A model generated the notes under the pieces. That model made no database searches. It was given only the letters and a program-made list of their open reading frames with translations, and was not told the DNA's origin. Of a stretch of DNA of 64,000 nucleotides, positions 53,172 through 64,000 are shown one piece after another. The DNA is from Convolutriloba macropyga (lineage: Eukaryota). Made by a program: the position numbers and the translations under genes. Within the stretch, counting starts at the first letter, position 1; the number at the start of each line of letters is the position of its first letter. Location of the stretch: NCBI RefSeq assembly GCF_964194025.1, contig NC_134477.1:56482001-56546000 (forward strand). The letters run 5' to 3'.

Positions 53172-53779
53172 AGAGCTCTCATTGAGCCTAATCGTTGCGA
53201 ATGACTGTTGAATAATTTGAGTGATTTTTGTATAGTTATGCTTCGGAATTGAAAATTTAAACTCTTCCAAGTTTTGCCTTTATACTGCCGAGGACGCTAA
53301 TGCATTGAAGATTACTGGTTTATATAGGAAGCTTTTCCAGGTTTGCTTGACATTATGTTATTAATAGCAGCAAAGCGGTTGCTGGGGCCATTTTTGACAT
53401 TCTCTCGGTTATTCCAATTGGGTTAATGAAAAAATTTCAATGAAATTTTAAGTTTCACGTGTACTTGTTATCAAGTGGTGCTAATGAAAAAATTGTTAAT
53501 GACATTGTGCTAATGAAAAATTTTTAATGAAATTCTAACTTTCACATGTAATTGTTGTTCTTTTTAGTGGTATCAGCACTTAGTCTGGTCAAAAATAGGG
53601 CTAATTGAGTTAAAAATGGAGTTACTTTCTGGTAAAGCTAAGGTTTCATAGCGGTAGCTTTAGAGTTAATTTACATTTTACAGTTAATTGTTTTCATGAC
53701 ACTTTGTGTAATTAAAATAAGAAGGAATTTGTTCATTGGCCCCTAAATAATGTTCTTTTTGATGTCCCGTGTCTTAGGC

Positions 53780-55700
53780 TTTACAATTCCGAGAGTTTTA
53801 ATTGTATTGGCGCGCTGTATGCTTTTAAGATCTGTTCACACTTTTTTGGTTTGTTCTGTTCACACTTTTCGTTTGTTTAAGGGATTTTTGTTTTTGGTTT
53901 GTTTAAGATCTGTTCACACTTTTCTGTTCAAACTGCTTTTCAAGTGAAGTGAGAGAATGGATTTTAACAGATTCTTCTACTGAGCGATTGTTTTTTTTTC
54001 TCTCGCGACTTGTTTTCAGTTTTCTGCTTTCGCTGTTTTTATTTCTTTTTCTGCAATAAGTTTTAAATGAGAAAAAGTGCGCTCCAATAATTCATAGTTC
54101 CAATTGTTTAGCCTCTCAAAAAGTAACTAATGGTTTGAAGTTATTTGTCTTCATGAAAGTAAAGTGATTGTTTCGATTCTGCCTGTTTTTGTAGTTATTT
54201 TGGGTGTTTTGTTGCTTAGTCTCATCAATGACAGGTCACAATGGCTCTATTGAGGCATGTCTGAATTGAATACTGATTTGAATTTGAATTAGCGGTCGTT
54301 GTGACTTTGATACTAACTGTGTTCAAAAAAATGTTACCGTTTTTTCCGGAACTTTCCATCTTTTTATTTGCTCTCAAACGAATTTTGTAGCAATTACATA
54401 AGTCTTGTTGGTCTTTTTTATGTGATTTTTCGCTTGACCCATTCTTCGTCTGAACCGTTTGATTTTCGTCATCAAAACGGGATAAACAGGTAGCTCCCGT
54501 TGTCATTAAGTGCTCTTAAAGCATTTCAGCTCACTGGTCTTCAAGTATGCGATTCACAGAAATTGTTTTGGAAAATTATGTTTATTTCGTGAAAGGCGAT
54601 TCTCAGAAGTTGCCATGAATTAAGCTGAAGCTAGGACCAAAAACGGTATAAACAGGTGGCGCCCAGCGGTCATTAATTGCTGGTATAGCCCTTCGACTCA
54701 CTGGTCTTCAAGTATGCGATTCACAGAAACTGTTGGTGTGAAGGGCGTTTTTTGTGCTCTCACTTGGTGTCATTATAGTAGCTCTGTTTTTTTCTTATGA
54801 GTCCGGGTGTTTACCACTTTTGAGATTTTTTTCATATCTAACAGTTTTAACTACCTTAACAACACTTGTTTGTTTGTTTTTTATTTTTCCCCTATTCTGT
54901 AGTGTTTTGTTGCTTTGTCTGTTTTATTTGAGGTTTTCATGCTCTCTTTTTTAAATTTTGTTATGTTTATTTTCGTGTACGTCCTTGTATTTGTTTTTTT
55001 GTTATTGTAGGTTGTTCTTTTTGAGAAAGCTGATAGTGTTCACTTCAGTGGCTTCAGTTTTTTGAAGATCTGCCTAGTTTTTGGCCGCTTCATGTCTGTG
55101 AGAATTTTAATTCAATAAGTGATTTTAATCATGCGACACTGTTAAGAGGAGCAAAAAAACGAGTACTTTTTGGTTGTTTTCGCAGTTTTGCTCTTAATTA
55201 TTGACATGAATTCTTTTAAAATTTGTAATGTGTGCTCTAATAATGCGTAGTTGCAGTTGCTTAGAACCCTCAACAGGCAGCTAATGGTTTTTCATTACAT
55301 ATTTTTGGATTCTCATTTTTTCTGCAATACTTTTTGTTGTTTTGTCACCTAGTGTCATCAATTATAGGTTTCAGTTGCGCTCTATTGAGGCATTTTTGTA
55401 TGTACTGAATTGAATTGAAATCTAAAGGTTTTGGCAAATATGACACGTATTGTCTTTAAGGTAACATTATATTATTATGTTAGTGTTCTGTCACTCAGTG
55501 TCATATGGAGAGCACTAAGTGACTCTTTTATCAGCCATGGTTTGGTCAATTTTGAGGTTTATTCCATGTGTAACGGTTTTCAAAACTTTGACACGACTCG
55601 CTTTTTTTAAAAAAATGTTTTTTATTAGCATGTTTGTGGTTTAGTTTTTGTTTTTTGGATTGTCTCATTTGAGACAGGACTCATTGGCACTTTCGTTATT
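53780..55700 (+). mobile_element. Decayed HINE-family cores and central repeats downstream of PFDN1
   Basis: TTACAATTCC..TTGTATTGGCGCGCTGT..AAGATCTGTTCACAC at ~53780 and a second diverged core at ~55070. Central-repeat motifs occur at ~54220, 55350 and 55660. Confidence 0.45.
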
Positions 55701-55779
55701 TTTTGAGTGAATAATTTTGCCATTTTATAGCTGAAAGGTTTTAACTACGTATTCTTTTCAAAAATAGTCAAAAATAATT

Positions 55780-58700
55780 TTGCAAGTTTTTTTTCTGTTA
55801 CTGTCACTGACGACAAGTCTTTAGGTCCTCTAGGGTTAGGTTTGATTCTGGTTAATCGTTGTTATCCATAGCTAACAGTTTTCGCGACTTGTTTTCAAAA
55901 ATTTCATTGCTAATGTGGACTTTCATTATTTTTGTAATTGTTTTTTGTCGTGTGGCTTGGCCAAAATTGAGAGGTCTCATTTGCTGTCTAATTCGGCGTC
56001 CTTGAATCCACTTTAGGCTAAAGCGTTTCACACCACTTAATTTCGACAATTTTTAAAGTTGTTTCTGCATTTTGCTACGGTTTTCATTTTGATACGTTTG
56101 AATGGTTGTCAAACATTCAATTTTTGGTGGTTAAAGACAAAAACGGATTGTGAATGTGTCGTTTGCTGAAAATGAGTGAAATATGGGTAATGCAAAGAGT
56201 CAGAAATTCATGTGGTCGAAAATGAATCTCTTCGTCATTGGTCGAGATGTTTTTCATTTCCTGTTAGAGTGATGCAATTGAGATTTGAAATTATAAGTGT
56301 TTGTAAAGCAATCGGAAAATGAAATAAAAGCAATCACTCACAATTTAAATCAACGCGTTCATAATTTTTGCTTAGACCTTTGGTTGAAGAAAATATTAAA
56401 TTAAAAAAAAGCAAACTATCAATCCAAAGTGTTAATCTACTACTAACCTTTTTTGAACAATGCTCTTTCACAATAGACAAAAGTGCTCGATGATCTGATC
56501 GGATCGTGAAACGTTTGCCAAAAAATAAGAGAAAGTAGCCGACAGAGCAAACAAAATTTTAGATTTGTTAACTAATGCTTTTTTGGTTTTCTTTACCTTT
56601 GGAGAAAACCGGATGCAAACGCAATGGTTATTCAAATTGCTTGCCGTTTGTGTTCTAACGTTGTTCCTATTACCTAGAGACATGTCGTTTCACGACCAAA
56701 CCCAAGCTTTGATTGTGGAGTGTGTTTTCTGTTGCATCAGCTATTCTGAAATTTTTATAGAGAAAGCTCTTGGTGACACTCTGTTCAATTGTAATTTTAT
56801 TTTTTTTAGAAGAGGTTGAAATAACACTCTGTTCAATTGTAATTTTATTTTTTTTAGAAGAGGTTGAAATAACACCATTGCTCTAGGTTCGAAATGAAAT
56901 TGTCAAGAAGTGGTGGCGTACTAATTTTAAAAGCTATTCAAGATCCTCTGAAGATGCTTAATTTCAATGTTTTTTTTAAAAATTCAGATGTTTATATGTT
57001 TTCGAGGGGCGGGTGTTTATAATTGATATAATGGTGAAAACTAACAAATTGATATTTTAGTGATAGTGTTGATTTTCTCTATTTTTGTAATTGTTATTTT
57101 CCTGTCGCTTAGCCATTATCGAGAGATGTCACGACAAGTCTATAGGTCCTCTAGAAGTAGTTTTGAACCTAGTTAACTGTTGCTATCCATGGCTAACAGT
57201 TTTTACGACTCCTTTTCAAAAATTTCACGGGTATTTTGGATTTTCTCAATTTTTGTAAATGTTTTTCGTCCTGTCGCTCGGCCAATATTGAGAGGTCTCA
57301 TCTGCTGTCTAATTAGGCATCATTGAAACCACTTAAGGCTAAAGCCTTTCACACCAATTAATTTTGACATTTTTTAAAATTTTTTCTGCTTTTTGGTACG
57401 GTTTTCCTTTTGCTACGTTTGAACTGTTTTCAAGCATTCATTTTTTGGTGGTTAAAGGTAAAAACCGGTTGTGATTGATTTGTTTGCTGACAATGGGTGA
57501 AATATGAGTATTGCAAAGAGTCAGAAATTCAGTTGGTCGAAATTGAATCTTTGTTCTGCTTTGCTGGTCAAGATGTTTTTCGTTTCCTGTTAGTGTGATG
57601 CAATTGAGACTTGGAATTATCAGTGTTTTTAAACCAGTCGGAAAATGAGATAGTTTGTATCACTCACAATTTTAATCAAATTTGTTTATAACTTTTGCCT
57701 TGTTCCTTGGTTGGCAAAAATTTGACATCAAAAGAAAGCAAACTATCAATCCGAAAAGTTAGTCTACTGTACGACCTTTTTTGATCAATGCTCTTTCACA
57801 ATCAACAAAAGTGCTCGGCGATATGTTAGGATTGTGAAGGGTTTGCCAATAAATAAGACACTGTAGCCTACAGACCAAATAACTCAAAATTTCTAGTTTG
57901 TTAACTAATGCCATAACGTTTTTCATTACCTTCGGAGAAAACCGGATGCAAACGCAATTATTATCCATATTTCTTGCCGTTTCTGCTCTAACGTTGTTCC
58001 TATTCTTCTCTAAAGGCATGTCTTTTCACGACCAAACCCAAGTTTTTATTGTGGGGTGTGTTGTCTGTTGCATCAGCTATTCTAATATTGTTAAAGTGGA
58101 AGTTTTTGGTGACACTCTGTTCGATTGTAATTTTCTTTTTTTAGAAGAGGTTAAAATAGATTAAGAGATTAAAATAGATTAGAAGAGGTTAAAATTTAAA
58201 ATAGGTTCGAAATGAAATTGGCGAGAGTTGTTGAAGTTCTAATTTTAAAAGCTATTCAAGAGCCTTTAAAGATGTTTAATTTTGTTTTGCTAAAGTTTCA
58301 GAAGTTTTAGATTCGAGGGGCGGGTATGGTGTTAGAGAAAAATTCACAAGAAGCCAAACAACAAACTCTAACAATATGACATTTGCGTCATGTTAATATT
58401 CAGCTAGTCCAGTTTTTCTTTACAACCATAGACGTATTTTGGATCCGAAGTTTCTTGAAAATTCTGCAGACATGTCTGCGAGATCATAAAATCTGTTCTA
58501 AATAAAAAGTTGTTTTTTGACTCACCACTAAGTATGTTGAGTCTCAAGAGCTTAGCTGTATCTGATTGTTGCTTAGCCTTTCAAATCAACTGTATTTCAA
58601 GGAATGATGTCGATTGGTTTTTCAATGTTTGGCATCTGATGTTTATTTAATTGCATCACATTACTTAATATTTTTGAATGTAGTATTACTGAGTACATAA

Positions 58701-61020
58701 AGCGAGTAAATATAAAGCATGAGAATCACATCCAATAAAAATTGAGTATTTTAAATTCGCATAGAATTGCGTCTAAAACACGTAGTGATCGGAAAAAAAA
58801 ATCTTTTAACATAATTTTAAGTAATCGTAATAAAACCTATCAAATCAGACAAGAAAGACTCGGCTTTATAATTTTCAGTTTGGTTTCATCGGTATAATAT
58901 GTTGAACGGCGTTGAGCTTTTTTCTGTTCGGACAAAATACGGGCCGGATGGGCATCAAAAACTGCCCTCTAAAAACCACTTGATGGTCCAATTTTTGTAA
59001 CCCTTATAATTGTAATGCTCCCCGAGTACCTGCTATCTCTCGGGTCTTATGAATTTACACTTCGGTAGACTGATTTGTTTACCCAGCTACTCACCTACAG
59101 TTTTGGTGTTCCCAGAGAGGCAATTTTGATGAACTCATCAAATAGAACTCGAATTATCATGACTTCGCTTATTTAGCTTTATATCTAAAACGAAACTTGA
59201 AGAGATATTATAACTATTCTATCACGCTCTCCGTCCCTGGAATACTTGGATATTTTCATCGCAAACTCGCGGAACCAATTCGTTGTTTATGGTTCCACGT
59301 ACATCACAATACACAAAATTCACAAACAACATCAGTAAAGATATTTCATTGCATGATAATAAAGGTTTGGTTATCAGAAGTTCATCCCGTGGCTTGATTA
59401 TTTTTGCAAAATTGAAATTAAGCAGATTTGATATTGCAAAATATGAGCACATTTGTACAGTTTTCGGGAAGATTGGAAGCTAATTCTATGTTTTTGATCA
59501 TTTTAAATGACACGCAATGCCAGTATTTTTCTTTTGTTTTTGAAATGCTCCTGGAAAAGACAGATAGCGAGAAATTATTTTGCAAGTTTTTTTCTGTTTT
59601 GGTCACTGATGACAAGTCTACAGGTCCTCTAGAGTTAGTTTTGAAACTAGTTAATTGTTGCTATCCATAGCTAACAGTTTTTACGACTTGTTTTCAAAAA
59701 TTTCACTGGTATTGTGGATTTTCACTATTTTTGTAAATGTTTTTTGTCCTGTTTCTCGGCCAATATTTAGAGGTCTCATCTGCTGTCTAATTAGGCATCA
59801 TTGAATCCAATTAAGGCTAAAGCCTTGTACACCATTTCATTTTGACAATTTTTAAAATTGTTTCTGCATTTTGCTACGGTTTTCATTTTGTTACGTTAGA
59901 TTGGTTTTCAGGCATTCTTTTTTTTTGGTGGTTAAAGACAAAAATCGATTGTGAATGTGTCGTTTGCTGAAAAGGAAAGAAATATGAGAAGTGCAAAGGG
60001 TCAGAAATTCAAGTTCTCGAAAATGAATCTTGTTTCTGCTTCGCTGTTCAAGATGTTTTTCGTTTCTTATTTGAGTGATGCAAATGAGACGTGGATTTAT
60101 CAGTGTTTGTAAAGCAATCGAAAAATGAGATAGTAGCTATCACTCACAATTTAAATCAAATTTGTTTATAACTTTTGCTTAATCCTTTGGTTGAAAAAAA
60201 AATGTGAAATCAGAAGAAAGCAAACTAACAATCAAAAGTGTTAATCTACTGCTAACCGACCTTTTTTGAACAATGCTTTTTCACAATCAGCAAATGTGCT
60301 CGGCGATTTGTTAGAATAGTGAAAGTTTTGCCAAAAAAATAAAACAAAGTAGCCTACTGACCAAACAACTCAAAAATTTAAATTTGTTAACTTCTGCTCT
60401 AACGGTTTTCATTACCTTTGGAGAAAACCGGATGCAAACGCAATGGTTATCCAAATTGCTTGCCGTTTGTGTTCTAACGTTGTTCCTATTACTAACCTAG
60501 AGGCAGGTCATTTCACGACAAAACCCAAGCTTTCATTGTGGAGTGTGTTTTCTGTTGCATCAGCTATTCTAAAATTTTTATAAAGAAAGAATTTTTGAGA
60601 CACTCTTTTCAATTTAAAATTTTTTTAGAAGACGTTGAACTAATTAACACCATTGCCCTAGGTTCCAAATGAAATTGTCGAGAGGTGGTGGCGTACTAAT
60701 TTTAAAAGCTATTCAAGATCCTTTGAAGATGTTTAATATCGTTGTTTTGCTAAATTTTAGATGTTTTCGAGGGGCGGGTATTTCAAAAGACGCCAATTAA
60801 CAAAACCTAACAAATTGATATTTTAGTGATAGTGTTGATTTTCTCTTTTTTGTAATTGTTTTTTATTTTTCCTGTCGCTTAGCCATCATTGAGAGGTCTC
60901 ATCGGCTGTCTAATTAGGCATCATTGAATCCACTTAAGACTAAAGCCTTTCACACCATTTAAATTTAATTTTGACATTTTTCAAAATTGTTTCTGCATTT
61001 TGCTACGGTTTTTATTTTGC
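55780..61020. repeat. Diverged ~1.2-1.35-kb tandem repeats: three copies (~55780, ~57128, ~59580) plus a partial fourth, interrupted by ~58330-59570
   Basis: GACAAGTCT..AGGTCCTCTAG at ~55812, 57133 and 59611. GGAGAAAACCGGATGCAAACGCAAT at 56601, 57934 and 60421. TCGAGGGGCGGGT at ~57002, 58313 and 60767. Confidence 0.9.
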
Positions 61021-61730
61021 AATGTTCGGACTTAATTCAATGGAGAATGTTCTATCTCCAGACATAGGTTTTAAAACTATTGTTTAAACTGGAAATATTA
61101 TTCCTGTCAGCCATATGAAGGAATGATTTCAGCACAATTTAGACCACAAAATTTTGTTTTTCTCCGACTGCCTTGTATTGATAATTCAGCGAACTTGAAA
61201 TAATTTTGAGTTCAATTACTCAAACGCTCTGCTGCTAGCTTAAAATTTAGTTAATTTTTTTGTAAGTCGATCATATTCAACACTCCCCGTTGCGTCTCCC
61301 CTTTTCACGACTAGGAGGAGAAAAATGCTTTTTGGAAGATAAGGATCGCAGAACTTTTGAAGTAACAACTTTTTTCAAGCTCCGATGGTTAATTTGTTGT
61401 CAAAAAAATGTTTAAACGGTACACAAATTGATTGTGACAAAAGCAAATTTTAGTGCCCGTTTCTGTTTGCAATGCTTGGACTTAATTCAATGGAGAATGT
61501 TCTTACTCCAGACAGAGGTTTTAAAACTATTGTTTCATCTGAAAATAAGATTCCTGTCAGCCATATGAAGGAAGGATCTGAGCACAATTTAGACCACGAA
61601 AGTTTGTTTGTCTCCGACTGCCTTATATTGCTAATTCAGCGTACTTGAATTAGTTTTTGAATTCCATAACTCAGCTACTCTGCTGCCAGGTTGAAACTTA
61701 GTTAATTTTTTATATGTAAGTCGATCATTA
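61016..61730. repeat. Two ~255-bp direct repeats 450 bp apart
   Basis: GGACTTAATTCAATGGAGAATGTTCT at 61028 and 61478, with both copies ending TGTAAGTCGATCAT. Confidence 0.85.
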
Positions 61731-61739
61731 ATCTAGCTA

Positions 61740-62150
61740 AACATGCGTTCTCATCGGTGAATCGAATTTGGAACAACTGAGGACCAGCTCTTCAGTTATC
61801 ACGATATCTCTAAAAGAGCAAGTCCCTTGCATTGCAGAGTGGGGCTGAAAACCGCTCACTCTGGCGCAGCTGATGTTCTATTTTGCGGCAAGTTTGATAT
61901 CTGTATGCAGCTGCTTGACGATAATAATCTCTCGAGTCCGGTCATCCTACCAAACTTGGCTTAGCGGCATTGCCTGGTTTTCTAACGGAAAATGAGCTGA
62001 AAATCACATATTTGACGCTGTTGATGGCCCCGATTTTCTGTAAGAACTTCTACAGGAAACCATTAACATTATACGAACCTTTGCAGGTCAACAATACGTA
62101 GGAGCTAGAATAGTTATCCTCAACCACTTCACTTTTCCAAGTAATTATCG
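61740..62150 (-). pseudogene. Degenerate non-LTR (LINE) reverse transcriptase fragment, possibly extending to ~63.7 kb
   Basis: Minus-strand pieces occur in RT order across frameshifts: VDLQ..Y.V...KFLQKIG (like FVDL.KAFD), LRQ..AVFSPTL (like GLRQG..LSP.LF) and IRFTDE (like LFADD). Confidence 0.45.
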
Positions 62151-64000
62151 AGATCCAGCTCAAATTAACCATCAGACCACAAGACTAGAATGTGTTAAGT
62201 GACTTTGAAAAAATTCTGTGAACCCAATGAAGTGTTGCTTTCAACTTGAAGCTCTCGTTTATTTTTTTAATTAATTTTTTCGAAAAAGGAACAATAAAGG
62301 AAAAGAGAAAAGACTCAATGTGTATTGTTATCCAATAGAAATTCGTTCCAATGTCGTTTTTATTTTTAGACTCTTAATTTAGAGAGCGTGGGTATTAAAA
62401 GTTGACATGGCGTAAAAAATAAATAGAATAACAGTTACAAATTAAAGCCAAAAGATAAAAATTTACGTTGCCTTTTTTGACTTCAAATTGTTGTCCTTTG
62501 TTATAGAAAACAAAACCAAAAATGAGATATTCCAAAAACTGCTTTAATGGATACAAGCCAAACGTTTCTTTTCTAATCTTCAATTTTCTTGCATCGTAAT
62601 GGCAGGATCCTAACATCTCCAATTTTAAGATATTTCAATTAATGTGTTTGAAGTTATGAAATGCCATACCAAGAAACTTGTCCAAAAATGTAAATATCTA
62701 AGTAACTTGGTCTTGACTTTTTTGCCCAGAAAAATGTTGATGTGCTCTGGTACATAAATTGTTGCGTGTTGAAAACCATATTCTTTTGGCGCTGCTTGGT
62801 GGCTTACTAGCAACTGAAGGAAAAGGTGTTATCTTGGATGTCTTCAACTTTGGACGTTTCATGAGGGTAACTTCCCAAACCGTTTTATTTGTCATTATTT
62901 CTGTCCTCAGACAACGATAAGAGAGCAAAATTACTGAAAAACAAACCCTTGAATAAAAAACATCATCAGTTATAAGATCTCATCAGGAGTTTTTTTCAAA
63001 GCAGAACAAACAATTTTTTGAGCATGGTTCTTTCTCGTTGTAGTGGGTTGGTTTCTTATGGGGAATAATTATTTTCTTAAATCCGTGTGCTTCCTGTAGG
63101 CTAATTGGTTCTTAGGTTGGGGCCTGACTATGCCCCAAGTTGGCTGTTTACTTGAGCCAACTTATCGTGTAGGCTTTATCGTGTCGCTCATTGTATACTT
63201 ATCGTGTTGCTCTTACTTCCTTACCTCCAGGAACCCCGAGTTACTCATCGCCACTAAGAGTTCCTGGAGAGGAGTAACGCAGAAACGTTTTTGCATGCAA
63301 CTTTTCTGACTGTTCTGTGTCGCTCAGTTTTTTAAAGACCAGTGAAAATGAAATGACGCTAGGATGACCAGGAGTGTCTCTGCTGGCGGCTCGCTTTTGA
63401 GTTCCAGCTTTTCTTTGTTTTTGGTTACAATAGTTCCTATTTCTTCATTCCTTCGTAAGTGCTCCCAAAGATTTCAGCCGCCGGCTTTTCCTCCTTGTTC
63501 TTCTTTTAAAAATTTCTGGCTGATTTTTGTAGCATCGTTTTTTGACAATCTGCTCTGCAAGTTTCTTGTCCTCAAGCACTGCAATTTTTCCTCACTCAAT
63601 TGTCTCAGACTAGCTCCTGTTGCAGAAACTTTTATAAATTTGCCTCATGCGCAAGTGTGAGACGATTCTAGAACGAATGCTCATTTAATATGAACTTGGA
63701 CGCACAGATTATCACAAACAATTAGAAACTGAACTAGAAGAGTACATCAAAGCACCAACAACGGAAAAAATACCAAGGCTTCACATCTTTGGAAGCACAA
63801 ACATTGCAGAAAGCGCGCTTTTTAATTTTGTCACTAATTTTTTAGTTCTTGATGATCTTCGTTGGTTGTTTTTGAGGGCACACTAAAATTTGCTGTTCTT
63901 CCGGTGTGCTTACTAGAACAGAAAAAGCAGGCTTTTAATGTACCCAAGCAATACATGCTACAGAATATATTCTGAGGGAGAAAAACAAATGAAAGAATTT

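Noticed and set aside
56468-58164. Paired hydrophobic ORFs resembling secreted or membrane peptides
   Set aside because: They lie in the T-rich 1.3-kb repeat, begin at non-ATG codons and are not listed for the third copy.

Overview
AT-rich, intron-containing eukaryotic (animal-like) genomic DNA. (1) 1-26.3 kb is a tandem satellite of 374/380-bp monomers, with higher-order structure and a homogeneous-to-degenerate gradient. The many short minus-strand 'ORFs' here are artefacts of the repeat. (2) The last two coding exons of a USP32-like deubiquitinase lie at 29589-30080 and 32607-32903 and end in a CaaX box. No upstream exon was recognised, so the satellite probably lies in a very large intron. 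(3) About 33.35-41.5 kb is a decayed Polinton/Maverick (adintovirus-like) element. It holds a frameshifted protein-primed PolB with an endonuclease-VII-like module, a 1.07-kb internal duplication, 3x138-bp repeats, an orphan ORF, a Pol III tRNA-like gene and G-rich/C-rich inverted ends. No integrase or capsid genes were recognised. (4) A complete three-exon prefoldin subunit 1 gene spans 45370-53171. (5) Helentron/DINE-1-like non-autonomous elements are stacked in the introns, with a tRNA-derived SINE, MITE-like inverted repeats, a ~1.3-kb tandem repeat family and LINE RT remnants. All calls come from reading the sequence by eye. No searches were run.
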